Below, in pieces: positions 48,380-62,570 of a stretch of 64,000 bases of DNA; the first letter of the stretch is position 1, and each line of letters opens with the position of its first letter. The position numbers were made by a program, and so were the translations under genes. Location of the stretch: contig OX597815.1 of assembly GCA_951406725.2 (NCBI GenBank), positions 89,280,001 through 89,344,000 of the forward strand. Reading direction: 5' to 3'. Under the pieces are notes generated by a model that made no database searches, was not told the origin of the DNA, and saw only the letters and a list, made by a program, of their open reading frames with translations. Origin of the DNA: Octopus vulgaris. Its lineage: Eukaryota.

Positions 48380-48810
48380 AGGCGTAAGAGTAGCTGTGTG
48401 GTAAGTAGCTTGCTTACTAACCTGATGGTTCCGGGTTCAGTCCTACGGCGTGGCACCTTGGGCAAGTGTCTTATACTATAGCCTCGGACCGACCAAAGCC
48501 TTGCGAGTGGATTTGGTAGACGGAAACTGAAAGAAGCCCGTCGTATATATGTATTTATATATATATATGTATATATGTATGTGTGTGTGTGTGTGTGTGT
48601 GTATGTGTGTGCGTGTGTGTGTGTGTATGTTTGTGTGTCAGTGTTTGTCCCTCTCAACATCACTTGGCAACTGATGCTGGTGTGTTTACGTCTCCGTAAC
48701 TTAGCGGTTCAGCAAAGGGACCGATAAAGTACTAGGCTTACAAAGAATAAGTCCAGGGGCCGACTTGCTCGACTAAAGGCGGTGCTCCATATGACTGAAA
48801 CAAGTAAAAG
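48380..48810 (+). mobile_element. SINE family A, best-preserved full copy
   Basis: A-box-like tagctgtgtggt and B-box-like gggttcagtcc; head to 48543; (TA)(TG) tract 48544-48637; tail ending gactgaaacaagtaaaag. Confidence 0.9.
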
Positions 48811-48961
48811 TGTATGTTTCCTGTTGATATGTACGGTGACAAGACATATTTCCAAACTTACCCATCATATGACGGATAACATTTCAAAACGTTTGTAATT
48901 ACCTGGATATGTGTGTGTATGTGTTTGTGTACGTGTATGTGTGTGCGCGTGTGTTTGTGTC

Positions 48962-49160
48962 TGTGTTTGTCCTCCACTGCCGCTTCACAACAGGAATTGG
49001 CGTGTTTACCTTCCCGTTATGTAGCGGTTCGGCAAGATTCCGATGGAATACGTAATAGTCTTAAAAAATATGAATACTAGTCTCGCTTCATTCGACTAAA
49101 GCTTCTTCAAGGCAGTGCCTCAGCATGGCCGCGGTCTATTGACTGAGACAAATAAAAGAT
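48962..49160 (+). mobile_element. SINE family A tail-only copy
   Basis: tgtgtttgtcctcc...tagcggttcggcaa...cagcatggccgcggtctattgactgagacaaataaaag, preceded by (TG)n. Confidence 0.75.
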
Positions 49161-52100
49161 ACGCACACACATTCACACACATACACACACACACACACAC
49201 GTACTCACACGCACCACCCACACACATACACATATATATGTATGTATTTATATATATATTTATTTATGTGTATAGATATATTTATATGTGTATATACGTA
49301 TATGTATATATATATATATGTATATATATAAATATATGTATATATATTTACATATATATGTATAAATATATGCATATATGTGTATACACACACACACATA
49401 CACATATATATATATCCTTTGTTAGCGCACCTATGGATAATTAGTTATTTACTTACATTCCATTACATATGTTATTAAAGGGAACGTTAATATCAATAGT
49501 TTCATGAAAAATCATTGTGATGCATACTCAATAGCACTCATTAGAAGGGACCTTCAACAGAAATTGTGTAAATATCAGTTACTAGCATATTATATTCATT
49601 GTTATCGAATGTATATTTGCTCAACACTGAAACGATGTGCTGCTACTGCTACATAAATAAGAATCTATAAATTAGAATCATTGACATGAAGTAATCTTCA
49701 TGGTATTACCACATATCAATGGTTCTTATTTATACAGGGTAATAACTTCCCATTTTGCCCAACATTATTGTTCTTGAATACTTCATGTCTACGCCGAATG
49801 TCAGCTTAGCTAATTTATTAAAAGCAACAGGCAAACCAATGAAACATCTAGCATGGTGAATATTAACACACTATATATACTTCCTGTCACACATCTGTTC
49901 TTAACCGTATTGAATAAACATAAACGACTTTTAAATTGCATAGACTAGAACCACGATACTTGTCTCCATTTTACACAGGCATGACACTTCATTCCAGATT
50001 TTATGACGTGAATTGCTTCCTTATTATTTATAACCACCATTTAAAGGTGAAATTAAGTTCATCATCATTTCCCATAGTTAGAATCTAAAACATCATAAAT
50101 GTACTATTTTATGATAGTAGTGATTATCAACGTATCGTTTTTCAATATTTGAGATTTTCCGCGGAAGGAGTGACAGATTCAAAGATAACATGTCTTTTTT
50201 CAGCTATCAATTCATAAGAATTGCTATCGTTTGCGATGACGTGAAAACATATGAGTTTAGTGGAGAGTAAGAAAGAATTAAGATAAGTTTCGTATGGGGT
50301 AAAGACATTTGCTATTTGTGGGATGATTATATTACAGACAATCATTACGTGATAAAAGTGAATTTTGCATGGAAGGCAATTATGAAGATTCATTTTATGC
50401 TTCAGTAGAAATTCAAATTTCTATATTCCCAAATTTAATTAAATGCTTCACATGATGTTTGATTCACTAAACCAATGATTTTAAATACATATGAATGAAC
50501 ATAACGAATGATTTCCATGTATGTCGATGCAAACTAATAGATATAATATGCGGGTGATATATTCACAGAACTGACTAAAGAAACTAATACTCCATCGGTC
50601 ACATATTAAAATGTTTTATTACTTCTAACTTATTTATGAACAAAACAACATTTCTTTCAATTTAAAGCGTTGATTTAAAGAGTTTAAATGTTACACAAGT
50701 TGAGAAAATGCTATCAGATTTAGGCTGCAAAATTGGGGTTTCTGTCGGAGAGGCATATATTGATTTTGCTGAATAAATCTCGACATTCTAAGCAGTTAAA
50801 TATTACGAGATAAATACTTGAATGATTAATGAAGCCACTATATATAAAATACCAGGTGGTCATATTGCTTTTGGTTATTAATGGTGAAGTGCATCGGTTT
50901 ATTTTCCATCTCATATAAACGGAACTGATTAGAGTTTCCGAGGTGTGGTTAATTATTAACATGACTATATTTATGAAATTAAATAGACACTCGAAATACT
51001 AATACCCATTCAACAGCTGTGATGTAATAGAAACTGTTTATATCTATTTATATTTCTGAGAGAAAACAAGCCGATGGCACCTTAGTATTTCATCCCACGA
51101 GAATCCATAAAATGAATGCCTTCACATTTTAGAAGCGATGGTAAAAAATACACACTTTTCATACAAATGTGTAAAAATCACTATTAATATGATCTTTTCA
51201 TGTTTACTTTCACCACAATGTAATCTTTATATGCTTTGAAATTAGTTCAATACTTTTACGTAATCACTAACACGTATCTGGTATGTTTCATGGGTTACGT
51301 CACGAAAATAGTTATCGAAATTTAGTTTAAATAACAATACGACGACAATTATGTTAGTGGGAAAAACACAAGCGCATAAGTTACAATTTTCAAAGGAGTG
51401 TATATATCCTACTACCATAAACAAACACAATTCTGTATTACTATATAATTGCAAGAAAAACCAAATCGGGATTGAAAAACCTTGTAAAAACTCCTGATAT
51501 ATTAAAACTGGATGGCATGTATTGACGTCTGAATCACAGATCAAACCAAGCAGATGGACATGTTTGTAACAAAATAGCAGTGCTTAAGAAGTATGCATTT
51601 AAAACTTACTTTTGCAGGTATTTATATCATCTCGATGTTCTCTTTTGGATAGTCAGAAGTTCCTTCTATTTTGTTGCAATATTACAATTTCTTTCTAATT
51701 ACAGTTTCTTAGTATATTCTTTCGAGTAGCTTGAAAGATAATGTCAGTGTTTATGAACGTAATAACACAACACCAACAACTCATATAAATGAGTGAGAAA
51801 CCGAACGATAAAAATACTTTTAAACATCTCATATTCTACCATCTAATTCAAGAAACACTACGTTTGAATTGTAGTTATATATACACGTCGTTTCAACAGA
51901 GTGCAGACGTTTATAAGTGCAATGTTGAACAGCTGTTTGTCAAGCGAAACTTTCCTGTTAAACAATAGCCCCGCACCCCACCATAGTTCTTTGCAAGTTG
52001 CTCCCAAATACTGGACATCAGATGAAAAGAGAAACATTTCTCTCATTTAGGTCAAGGTAGATAAAAAAAAAGTTTTAAGAATCTGTCCTCTCGAACGCCA

Positions 52101-53029
52101 GGATTTGAGAACCGTGTTTAAAATGGAAAAAGAACATGTATCAGAAAACTTATTGAATATAGATGAAGTGAAAATATCTTTCCAATTCCAATTCTAAAGT
52201 AAACAACATTTTATAAATACCGCGAGTATTTATTAATTAAATAATTAGCTCACGTTCCCTTAAATTAAGTATCGATGGAATAGAGATGAAGTAATTTCGA
52301 TATATGACTATATATTAATCGTATTTAATCGAGGCCTCACGAGAAGTAGCAGATTTCTTTCGGGAGGATTTAACAAAGTAACCACTAAATTTATTAAGAT
52401 CAAGCGACGTCTATTCAATGATGGATAGGTTTTTAACAAAGACAGAAATGTATTAAGCACTGTCAGAATTTTTTAATAAATTGTCAAAACAAGTTACAAA
52501 ATCAGTCATATAATTTATGAAGCATATCGGAAACTTGGTGGCGGATTGTGGTACTGCTGTAATAATATGCAATGATCGATTATCAATAATAGCGACACCC
52601 TTCACAACAACAATAACCATGACAAAAACAATAGCTATTTATTGCAACTTATTCAATTCATTCCTAAATTGTTTTTCCAAAACTATTTTTTCAAACTGTG
52701 CATGCCAGAAATGACGTTTTTAAAGTTTGTTTTTAAAATTATTCTAAACATTATCAGTTCCCATAACTGGCATGAATCAATGTATGTCTGCAGAGAAATG
52801 ACATGGTCCATTGAATTGCTTGCAATATATATGGATATCTTGAATTTGTAGATCACAGTTGATGAAATTAAACACTGACCAGTGTGATTTGAACTTGGTA
52901 TGCAAAAAATATTTCTAAATAGTGAAAGATGTTTAGTTCGACACTGTGGTTTCCATCACAATTGTTCTTAAGGATACCGGTTAAGTACACGATGCTTATA
53001 TATATAACTTCCTAATATATTGATTTCTT

Positions 53030-53170
53030 CGTATTGGCATGCGAACACAAGGTTTTAGTGGAAAAGGTAGCCGATTGGCTATGCAGGGAACAATTGTTCG
53101 ATCAACTTAAAAAAAAGATGAAAAGCGAAGCCAGCCTCGGTGGCCTACAACCGGAGAGGTTATAAGGACG
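53030..53170 (-). mobile_element. SINE family B-like, highly diverged
   Basis: gatgaaaagcgaagccagcctcggtgg resembles gatgaaaagcaaagtcgacctcggcgg. Confidence 0.45.
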
Positions 53171-56100
53171 AAACTTAAATATCTTCGGATATCAATTCTA
53201 ATGTGCTCATCTGTGACTATTCAACAATTTTAATTTCAAAACTATACTGTTTGTAAATGTGCAACCTCGGGACTTATTGAAATTGACACAGATACCAGTT
53301 TAATTACACGGTAAGTGGTTGAACCAGCCCAGTCATTGTTTTGAAAAATTTCACTAAACATTTTATTACATGTTGGTTGGAACAAAAGAAAGTAATAATA
53401 CTCGTCATCGAGCTCACAACAGAAAAAACCATTAGCATAAGCAGACACAACTCTCTCGAATATTCTACAATTACCTTGTCGCATTTCGTTGCCATGTGGA
53501 AATCTCACTGAAATCTGACATGGAGTGTCATGAAAGGATTCTCAGTAGAGTCTCACAAAGATGTCCAGTGCGGATGAATCCCTCCAAGTACCAAACTGTT
53601 GGTATATTGACTTGTCCTACATAATATATTCTCCTGTAGTCCTAAGGCATTCCTTCAGTTTCTGAACAATCAAGTTTCTATCGTCTCTAACACCATGAAT
53701 TTGATGTTACGCAGATATGCACAAAACTACGGTATTCCCTTTCGCCCCGCAGTGTCTCTCAAAACCGTTATCTTCCAGAGAATTGGTAGAAAATCCAGAA
53801 AGTACTACTTTGACGTGCCAAGAATGTAATTTAAAACTGTTGTTATAGAAGGTCAAGTCTGACCTCTAAATATACGCTGTTGTATATTGAGGCGATCAAG
53901 CCACTCAAAAAGCGACTGAAGGCACGAAAGAGAAGAATATTATAGAGAATTCAAAGTGAATAAAGGATAAACTACTTTCAATTTAATTTCAGGTAGTCAA
54001 TTATCCCCACCTTGTTTCAAAACATGTTTTGAATGCAAAAGTTAGAATAATTAGATGACTACTGCTCGTTTCGTTATATTATAAATGCGCGATCTATTTC
54101 GTAAAGTCGTACAATATCTGGAAAACTGCATAAGTTGCAAATCAAGACATAGGATTGACACTTGTGCGTACCTAAGTGCATGAACACATAGATTCATTTA
54201 TACATAATTATATGCATACACCTCCGTATTCTGCATACTACTTATTTACCAGCATTAATAGCAAGAATTATTTCACTTGAAAGCAAGCATCTTAAGCATA
54301 AGGTAGGCTCCTTTAATTACACGAAATACTGCAGGTCACTTTATGAGATTGTACGTCACAATCGATGCATCTTTATGTTTACTTTTATAATTTTATTATT
54401 TATTGTTCTAACACAATACCTAATTTAATATTGCCGGTGTCAACATGGATGAAATTTTATAATTTATCAACAAAATCACAGTAGGAAAATAATCTCATAT
54501 TTCTCAACGTTCTGCGTTTGTATTTAGTTGTTTCGATTTAAACCGACACTGAGATAATTTAAAATGTTCTCTTCCTATAGCATAACTCATAATATTATTT
54601 AACGATATATAAATGAATGACTCGGGGACAATTAAAATAGATTATGTACTAATTTTGAATCAAATGTAATATAAACTTCTTTTTCTACAACCAACTGAAG
54701 ATAAATCAATATTATGCTTGCTGAAGTTTGTTCGGTTAAGAGTACTTAAAAAAAAAACCTTTTTGAAATTTGAATTATCAAGCATAAACTGTTTCGTAAT
54801 TCATTATTCTACCGGTAAAATCTCTCTACTAATGACATCGGGTCTTATAATATTGAATCCTACCTGAGGATGCCAAATTACCATACAAACAATCGTCATA
54901 TTTTCCGTCTGTTGAGTTTGAATGTTCAATTTTCTGTGAAATGCATTCTTAATTTATTAAAGTTATCACTCGTTTATTTTAGGAATCGCTAAGAATTGCC
55001 ATTTTCATCCGCTCAGTAGCGAACATTCGAAATTTTTTGCACGAGTAATTTTGTACATCAGAATCTGAATTACCAGTGGCCTATTTTAGTTATTTCCCTT
55101 AATTGAGTTTTTGAAATGGTGCAGATTGCACTTATTAAAATTCTTTGTGTCTGTGTTTGTTTCTCTTTGCAAATGTATATGCTCACAAATCAAAGCAAGC
55201 TTTAGAAGTGTGAGCAGCAGTGAAGAGATTCGATGTCACCTAATCTGCTGAAGAATAACAGCTTCTCTCCCAAGCATGAAAATTATTGTTTTGATGTGAG
55301 ATTTATATTTCCTGTAAAATCAATTATAGGAGGCAAATTTTAATCGATTTAGAATATTTTCTGCATGTCAGTTGGTATATCAGCACTTATCTGAATTATT
55401 TAAATTCATTCATTTGCCCACTTAGCTTTCCAGTTTCCTCGCTCCACTTCCCTTATGTAGTTTTCTTTAATCTATGGTCTGAAATTGCATATCGTTAGAA
55501 GTAACAATACATATTACTTTTGCAGTATATTCACTTAATAAAGAATAGTTTTCGCTTTTCTAAAAATAATAACTGCATTTAAAAATTACTTGCCTAATTA
55601 TTTAAATTTATGAACGACAAGAATAACAAGTACACCTGCTATAGAAGTTACAGCATATCTGGGTTTATATGTTGCGACATACTCATGTGACACAAAATAA
55701 ATTGTTATTGGTTTATTAAAAATAGCAAGATAGTTAACGGTAACGTCTCGAAGAAAAGTAAGTAATAACTTCATTTACAATGCAGAAAGATTAAGAATAA
55801 ACTCGGTTTGTTACTAGAGTGTTTAATGCTACTTAACGAAACCGTTCTGTGCAATTTGATTATACTGTACATCTAGATATAGCATTTTCTAAATTTATTT
55901 CTTACAAACCCCTAGGGAAATATTGTTGTCATTATTGATGTCAAATAACACGAAGTCCGTAGGTTTATATAATAAAGCAAACCTACTATTGATAATTTCG
56001 GATTTTTCCTTCGTCGACAGCTATAGGATATACACTCCTACAGAAGCATCCTGTAACAAATTTGATTATATACGTATCGATTTTAGCTAACTGTCGATTT

Positions 56101-56194
56101 ATGTTTGCTCTCTGTTAGATGTAGTTTGTTAGTTTGTAGAAATCAGTATTTGCTTCCAGCCACCATTAAGGAAGATTCAACCTCAAAAGCTTTA

Positions 56195-56301
<107 letters not shown>

Positions 56302-57244
56302 GGGGGTGTAAGTGTATCAGAGTTGCCTTTTAGGATAGACATTTTAAACACTTTTTTACAAACTATGCAGCTGTTAATCCAGCCAAGTATTCAGAGTAAT
56401 CGAAAAGAATTGCTCAAGGTAACGTGATATATCTCTATAATTCCCAGCACATCTTGTCCAATTAGGCAATATATGACGTCAATGAAACTAGAACATTCAT
56501 TATATTATAAGTTCCGGACGTCATATTTCTGTTCAAATTGAAAAAGTCATGAAAATAAATATACGTTTCTGTGCTTTTCGAGGAAACCGTTTTGCAAATC
56601 GCCGATTCGCTTTGCTATCTAATCTAAAATATTCAGTAATATCAGCCTACAATATTATTTTTATTGATCGCAAAATGTATTATATACATAGACATTTTAC
56701 ATGGCCGGAAGCAATTATTTCAGCATTTAATAAATATTAATCAATTAAGTAAATGGGATTAACATTAGTAATAAAGGATCTACATTTTTATGGAAAATAT
56801 AGACATAAAATGCAACTTCTAAGCCATTGTAAAATACTTTAAATGGATAAGTTATCAGAAACAGAATCAGCTGCAGCTCGAAATCATAATCTAATTATGG
56901 CCGCTTGCAATCAGTGAAAAAAAATTTTTGAATTATTATGTACAGTTAATAGAGTTGAGATGAAATCATAATTCTTTTTGCCTACTTTTTAGATAATTAC
57001 GGTAGTCGTACATTAGGGAAGGAAACTATATATTTTGTGTATGTTTTAAAGAGCGCAACTTATCTTATTTGTATGCTAGGAATTCTTTCAGGACAGAAAG
57101 TTTTTAAACATCCTATTAAATACTGAAAATTGTGTGTCGCGGTGTCATTAACAAATACATGTATTTATCTTAAATATTCCATTTCTGGAGATTACTGAAG
57201 AATGAATATCCAGTACAGAATTTATAAATAAATCATACATATGA

Positions 57245-57279
57245 TTATATATATCTATATCTATATATATCTATATCTA

Positions 57280-57349
<70 letters not shown>
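57245..57349. repeat. (TATATC)/(TA)n microsatellite
   Basis: Read directly. Confidence 0.95.
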
Positions 57350-57352
<3 letters not shown>

Positions 57353-58173
57353 GGATATTACTAATTATTCGAAGTTACGAAATAATTAGTTCTCAAAGAT
57401 TCCTTTCTAAGTGGTTTCCAGATTGTCGTAGACTAATGAAATCTTTTTCAGAATTTAAAGGATATTGGATTGTTTTAATGGCTTACTCCCGAGAAAGAGC
57501 AGCTCCTCTTATTTTCAAGATCTCTGTGACAAGTAAGAGGAAGGAATGAAGTTCTCCTCAGACGACTAACGTGTTCTCAATAGACGAAACAAACAGATGG
57601 AAGACTTACAAGGAACAGGCGACAGTGTTAAAGCGGGCGATGTTTCGTGTCCCACCGCAAGAGAAAAGCACGTCTATTCCAATGGCTTATCGACTGTTTT
57701 ACTCTACATAATTTAACTCACAACAGATTGGCGAGGAACCAAGTTTGCAGAGGAAACTACTTGCTTGACCTACTGAGTTGTGGTATATAACTCCAAGCCA
57801 AATAGTAACGGTATGATTGTTTTTACTGATATTGCTCAGTGGTTAGTAAGTGCAAAAATTAAGTGGTATTATAAGCTAAAGAATATATTCAGAAAGGCAT
57901 AAACTTCATCGTGGAAAGCACGTTAAATGTGTGATTATCTTTAATTAAGTACACATCAATACAAATATGATAAATATGTTAAGCAAGTGCTGAAGTTAAT
58001 GAATTTATTTTCATCCCATACGAACCTGACTGAAAAGCATATATGAAGAACTGTAATATGGCTTGCTACAAACACTATGTTCGCTTCGCATCATTTAATA
58101 TATATTTATATTATTATTATTTTATTTTAGTTATATAAGGAACAATTTTTAATGTTTTGATAATTTCTCTGTA

Positions 58174-58481
58174 CAGTAAGAAGTTTGCGTTCCAACTATA
58201 TTGTTCTGGGATCAGTCCCACCTTCTGAATGGATTTAGTAGACGGAAGCGGAAAGAAGCTCGTCGTATACTCTTTACTCTTTTACTATTTTACTTGTTTC
58301 TGTCATTTGAATGCGGCCATGCTGGAGTACCGCCTTTAGTCGAAGAAATCGACCCCAGGACTTATTCTTTGTAAGCCTAGTACTTCTTCTATTGGTCACT
58401 TTTGCCGAAGTTACGGGGACGTAAGCACACCAGCATCGGTTGTATAGCAATGTTGGTGGACAAACACAGATACACACATAT

Positions 58482-58531
<50 letters not shown>

Positions 58532-58850
58532 GTGTGTGTGTATGTATATAAATATATATATATATATATATATTTACGACGGCCTTCTTTCAGTTTCCGT
58601 CTACCAAATCCACTCACAAGGTTTTGGTCGGTCCGAGGCTATATGTGTTCCTGTGTGTGTGTCTTTGTGTCTTTTCCATCCACTTGACAACCGATGTTAC
58701 TTTCTTTTCGTTCCCGTACCTTAGTGTTTCAGCATAAGAGACCGATAGACTAAGTATGATTCTTTAATAAGAAAGAGTACTGGCGTCGATTCATTCCATT
58801 AAAATTTCTTCAAGGTCATGGCCGCAATCTAATTACTGATACAAGGAAAA
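58174..58850 (+). mobile_element. Older SINE family A copy split by a nested insertion (head 58174-58268, tail 58643-58850)
   Basis: Head: gtaagaagtttgcgttccaac...ggatttagtagacggaagcggaaagaagctcgtcg. Tail: cacttgacaaccgatg...gagaccgatagactaagta...catggccgcaatctaattactga. Confidence 0.75.
58271..58642 (-). mobile_element. Younger 5'-truncated SINE family A copy nested in the opposite orientation
   Basis: Tail 58271-58465, microsatellite 58466-58573, head 58576-58642 breaking off at gaggctata. Confidence 0.88.
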
Positions 58851-59819
58851 TATATAGAGATCATAGAAAATTTAAACTTTTGTACAAGAACGCAATATAT
58901 TAAGTATTCCATATTGAATATATAAAGATTTGTAATCTTTCAGTAGAAAATGAAAACGAATCTCTGGTTAATGATACCACAAAAATCCTACAATTGCTTC
59001 GTAGCGTAACCAAACAATCGTACTCATATTTGGCAAACACTGCCAACACCCAGTAATTATTTATACATATGTATATATGAATAATTATGTATGTATGTAT
59101 GTATGTATTATGTATGTGTAGGTGTGCATGTGCATGAACACCATCAGAGGCAAACACTACTAAAAAATCGCAGCTTTTTCCTTGGCTTTGAAGGGCCAGT
59201 GTGTAGTAACTTATTTGACCACAATCTAAAGTAATTTACAAATTTCAAGTGGATCAATAAATTTCTGCTGATTTTAATCAAATAGTTTTAATTCTATTCT
59301 GTCTGTAATGCCTTTGCCGTGACTGATCAATGCGAAAAAGTCAACTGTACATTGTTATTTTCAAGTGAAACTGTTCATATTGTATTCAAATTGATCCTTG
59401 TCACATGTTTTTTGTTTCTTTTTAAAATATTACTTTAAATTTGTTTTTACAAAAGAAGTTCTTTTTTTTCCGTTTGTGATGAAAAGTAATAAGAAATGTT
59501 AAAGAGCTTGGAAATTATTTGAAAAATAAAATATCTAAACGGCTGCTTTCGGATTTAGCAACCGCATAAATTCAAAGGTAAATGAACAATTATGTTTACA
59601 TTAAATATATATATAACTTTGAGAATCATTTCAAATTAGAAGAACCATCTGTTTATACACATATCCTTCAAACTTTCTTATTTAACAGAGTTGTTTAAAA
59701 AAATGTCAATTATAACCGCATGCGAATTGCATTGTATGCAAGAAAGAGGAAATTACTGGAAATTCACAACCGCAGTCATTACTCATTAAATATCATCCGC
59801 TATCTCTTATGTATTCTTT

Positions 59820-59968
59820 GTGCTAGTGTAACTCAGCGACGCGAAATAGAGAGTTGATGAAATAAGAACTAGATCGATGCAACTATTGGGGTTGACGCGA
59901 TGAGAACTTTCGCAGATGTTGCCCACAACATAGCCGCAATCAAATGATTGAACCAAGTTGAACAATAA
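59820..59968 (+). mobile_element. SINE family A tail remnant
   Basis: gtaactcagcg...aataagaactag...ggggttga...catagccgcaatcaaatgattgaaccaagt. Confidence 0.55.
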
Positions 59969-61469
59969 CATTCAATATACAACGTAGATATCACACTAAA
60001 TTTGCACAGCCTCCATGAAAAGAGAACTCAGAAATATTCTCAAATGCAGCCATGAAAATTCTTTGTCCTTCACATATCAAGGAAACACTACTGAACTTCA
60101 TTATTCTTTAGTGTAGTCAACACACAACTAAGTACTACAGTCACATTTGCTGAGTTTTCTAAGCCTTAAAACCGCTAAAGATTTCTCATGCCAATAATAT
60201 ATCCTCAATATAAGGCAAATGGATTATAGGAATTCGCTTTCCTCTTTATGGTCAGAAACTATTTCAGCTCCCAGTATCTACTAAGCGTAATGCTTAAAAG
60301 AGATCCACATATCAATAATGCTACTACATCAAGAGCAGTGCTGATAAACTTACAAATATTCTACCCTGATTAAGTAAATCATTCGGTTGATTAAAAATTA
60401 AATGGAGTGATGCCATGGAGAAAGAAATTTCTTCTTTTGTAATACCGAGTATGTTTCGAAATTGTTCATCAGACATATAGTCTGCTATATGTTGCCTTCT
60501 CTACTACAATTACATACCCTTTTTTTCTCTGAAATATTTGGTTATAGCTCCCTGCGCGTACATCCACTCGATTCACTTGTCTCTCAATTTCCATTCTTGA
60601 ACATGATCTGTTCTCTTCTAGGCGCCATTCTATCAACAATGTATACTATTTTCTCTCTAGAATGTCGCAAAAGAACATTATTACTGTTTATGATTTTGCT
60701 ATAATAACTGATTTCCAGTAACTGAGAAAGCACCTCCACCTCATCGACCTCACCAGTCTCAGAAGGGATGCAAATGCTTTGGCCTGAGTATCTTTATCAA
60801 TATCAAATTATTAGAAAATTAAGACTTATTAATCGGATATTGTTGGTTAACATTTTACTAGCGAGCAATTATTAAGCTTCTTAGTTCACCCCCCCCCACA
60901 CGCACACAATTATAAAAGCACAGTCGCACATTATAAAAACTAAATACATTCTTTCACCAGGTGATCTCTAACTAATAAACCAGTTATTCTAATATACGTT
61001 TACGGAGTAATGAATTCCTGGAATCGATCTTATTGATTTTATTATGAGTCTATTGGAAACAAACAAATTTGGAAGCTATACTACTTAAGCTATTAAATTT
61101 AGCACTGAAATCGGTGAAGTACGCATCATTGTATACCGAACTAACACGTTTTTGTACCGCAATGAACAACATTTATTTGCATATGTGATATGTATAAAAA
61201 TGCCCGCTACATTATTATCGACTTTATTGTTTATTTTATGTAACTGTCGGTATTGATTTTAATTTTAAATGTCATAGTTACAAAGGAAAGTGCATTGATT
61301 ATAAATGCTTCAAAAATCTGGAATGTCCATTAAATATAAAATTAGATATACAATTAAATATAATGTTATGTAAATAATATGAATAATGTGTGTGCGTGCA
61401 CATGTGTGTGTGCATTTATATAATTATGTATGAGTGTGCGCGTGTGCGTTTAATAAATTACATTCATAT

Positions 61470-61506
<37 letters not shown>

Positions 61507-61624
61507 CATATGGAAACATATAAGTATATATATGTGTATACATATATACGTACATACATATATAAAATATGTATACGTATATACATATATCAATAAATAT
61601 ATATTTAATATATGTATGCTTGTA

Positions 61625-61705
61625 CGTACGTATGTATGTATGTATGTATGTATGTATGTATGTATGTATGTATGTATGTATGTATCTATCTATCTATCTA
61701 TCTAT
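61625..61705. repeat. (TATG)n(TATC)n microsatellite
   Basis: Read directly. Confidence 0.95.
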
Positions 61706-62107
61706 AGAGAAAATAGAAGTTAAAAATGCACTGGGAATGGTTTAAAATTTACTGTATTTAAAGATTTAACCGGTTTCCCAGTTTACATTGATTATCAAAA
61801 GTTGACATAGAGAGACATGGGTTATACTGCAACCGTCTTGATTCTGACTGGTGTTTGAAGCTTGTCCTATGTTTATAGGGTGTATATGACTGAATTAGTA
61901 TTTGTTCTGGCTATGACTTGATTGGTACAGGATAGTCATACACTCAAACACACACATAAAAGCGCGCGCATCCGCACATACATATATTTAAAAGTCTGTG
62001 AAAATTACTTTATATTCTTTTAATAAGTTTAGAAGATTCTTTTTCAATTTATTTTTTTAAACAAGTTACATATTCTTTATCAAAATATATATACATACAT
62101 ACATATT

Positions 62108-62268
62108 TACAACGGGCTTCTTTCAGTTTCCGCCTACCAAATCCACTCACAAGGCTTTGGTCAGCCTGAGGCTATAGTAGAAGACACTTGCCCAAGGTGC
62201 CTCGCAGTGGTAACGAACCAGGAAACATGTGGTTGGAAAACAATCTTCCTACCACAAAGCTACGCCTG
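62108..62268 (-). mobile_element. SINE family A head
   Basis: acgggcttctttcagtttccgcctaccaaatccactcacaaggctttgg...gacacttgcccaaggtgcc. Confidence 0.9.
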
Positions 62269-62465
62269 TTATATACACACAAACACACACATATGGGTGT
62301 GGGCGTGCATGTGTATGTATATCTGTTCAGATATATGTGCAGATCTTTGACCACCAATACGGTGTTGAGCACTCATTCTCATTGTTCGACATTCACGTAC
62401 GTGAACACACATATACGTGCACCCACATACTGCACACACATATTCGCACACATACACTCATATAT

Positions 62466-62570
62466 ACGATAAGCTGCTGTCAGTCGCCGTCTAGCAAATC
62501 CACTCACAAGCTTTTTGTCGGCCCGGAATATATTTAGATGACACCTGACTAAGTGCCACACCGTGGGTCT
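62466..62570 (-). mobile_element. SINE family A head, diverged
   Basis: ccgtctagcaaatccactcacaagctttttgtcggcccg...gtgccacaccgtggg. Confidence 0.7.

Noticed and set aside
60445-60480. Minus-strand CTGATGA-acaatttc-GAAA-catac-TC hammerhead core
   Set aside because: Stems I, II and III all fail to pair and no PLE context is visible.
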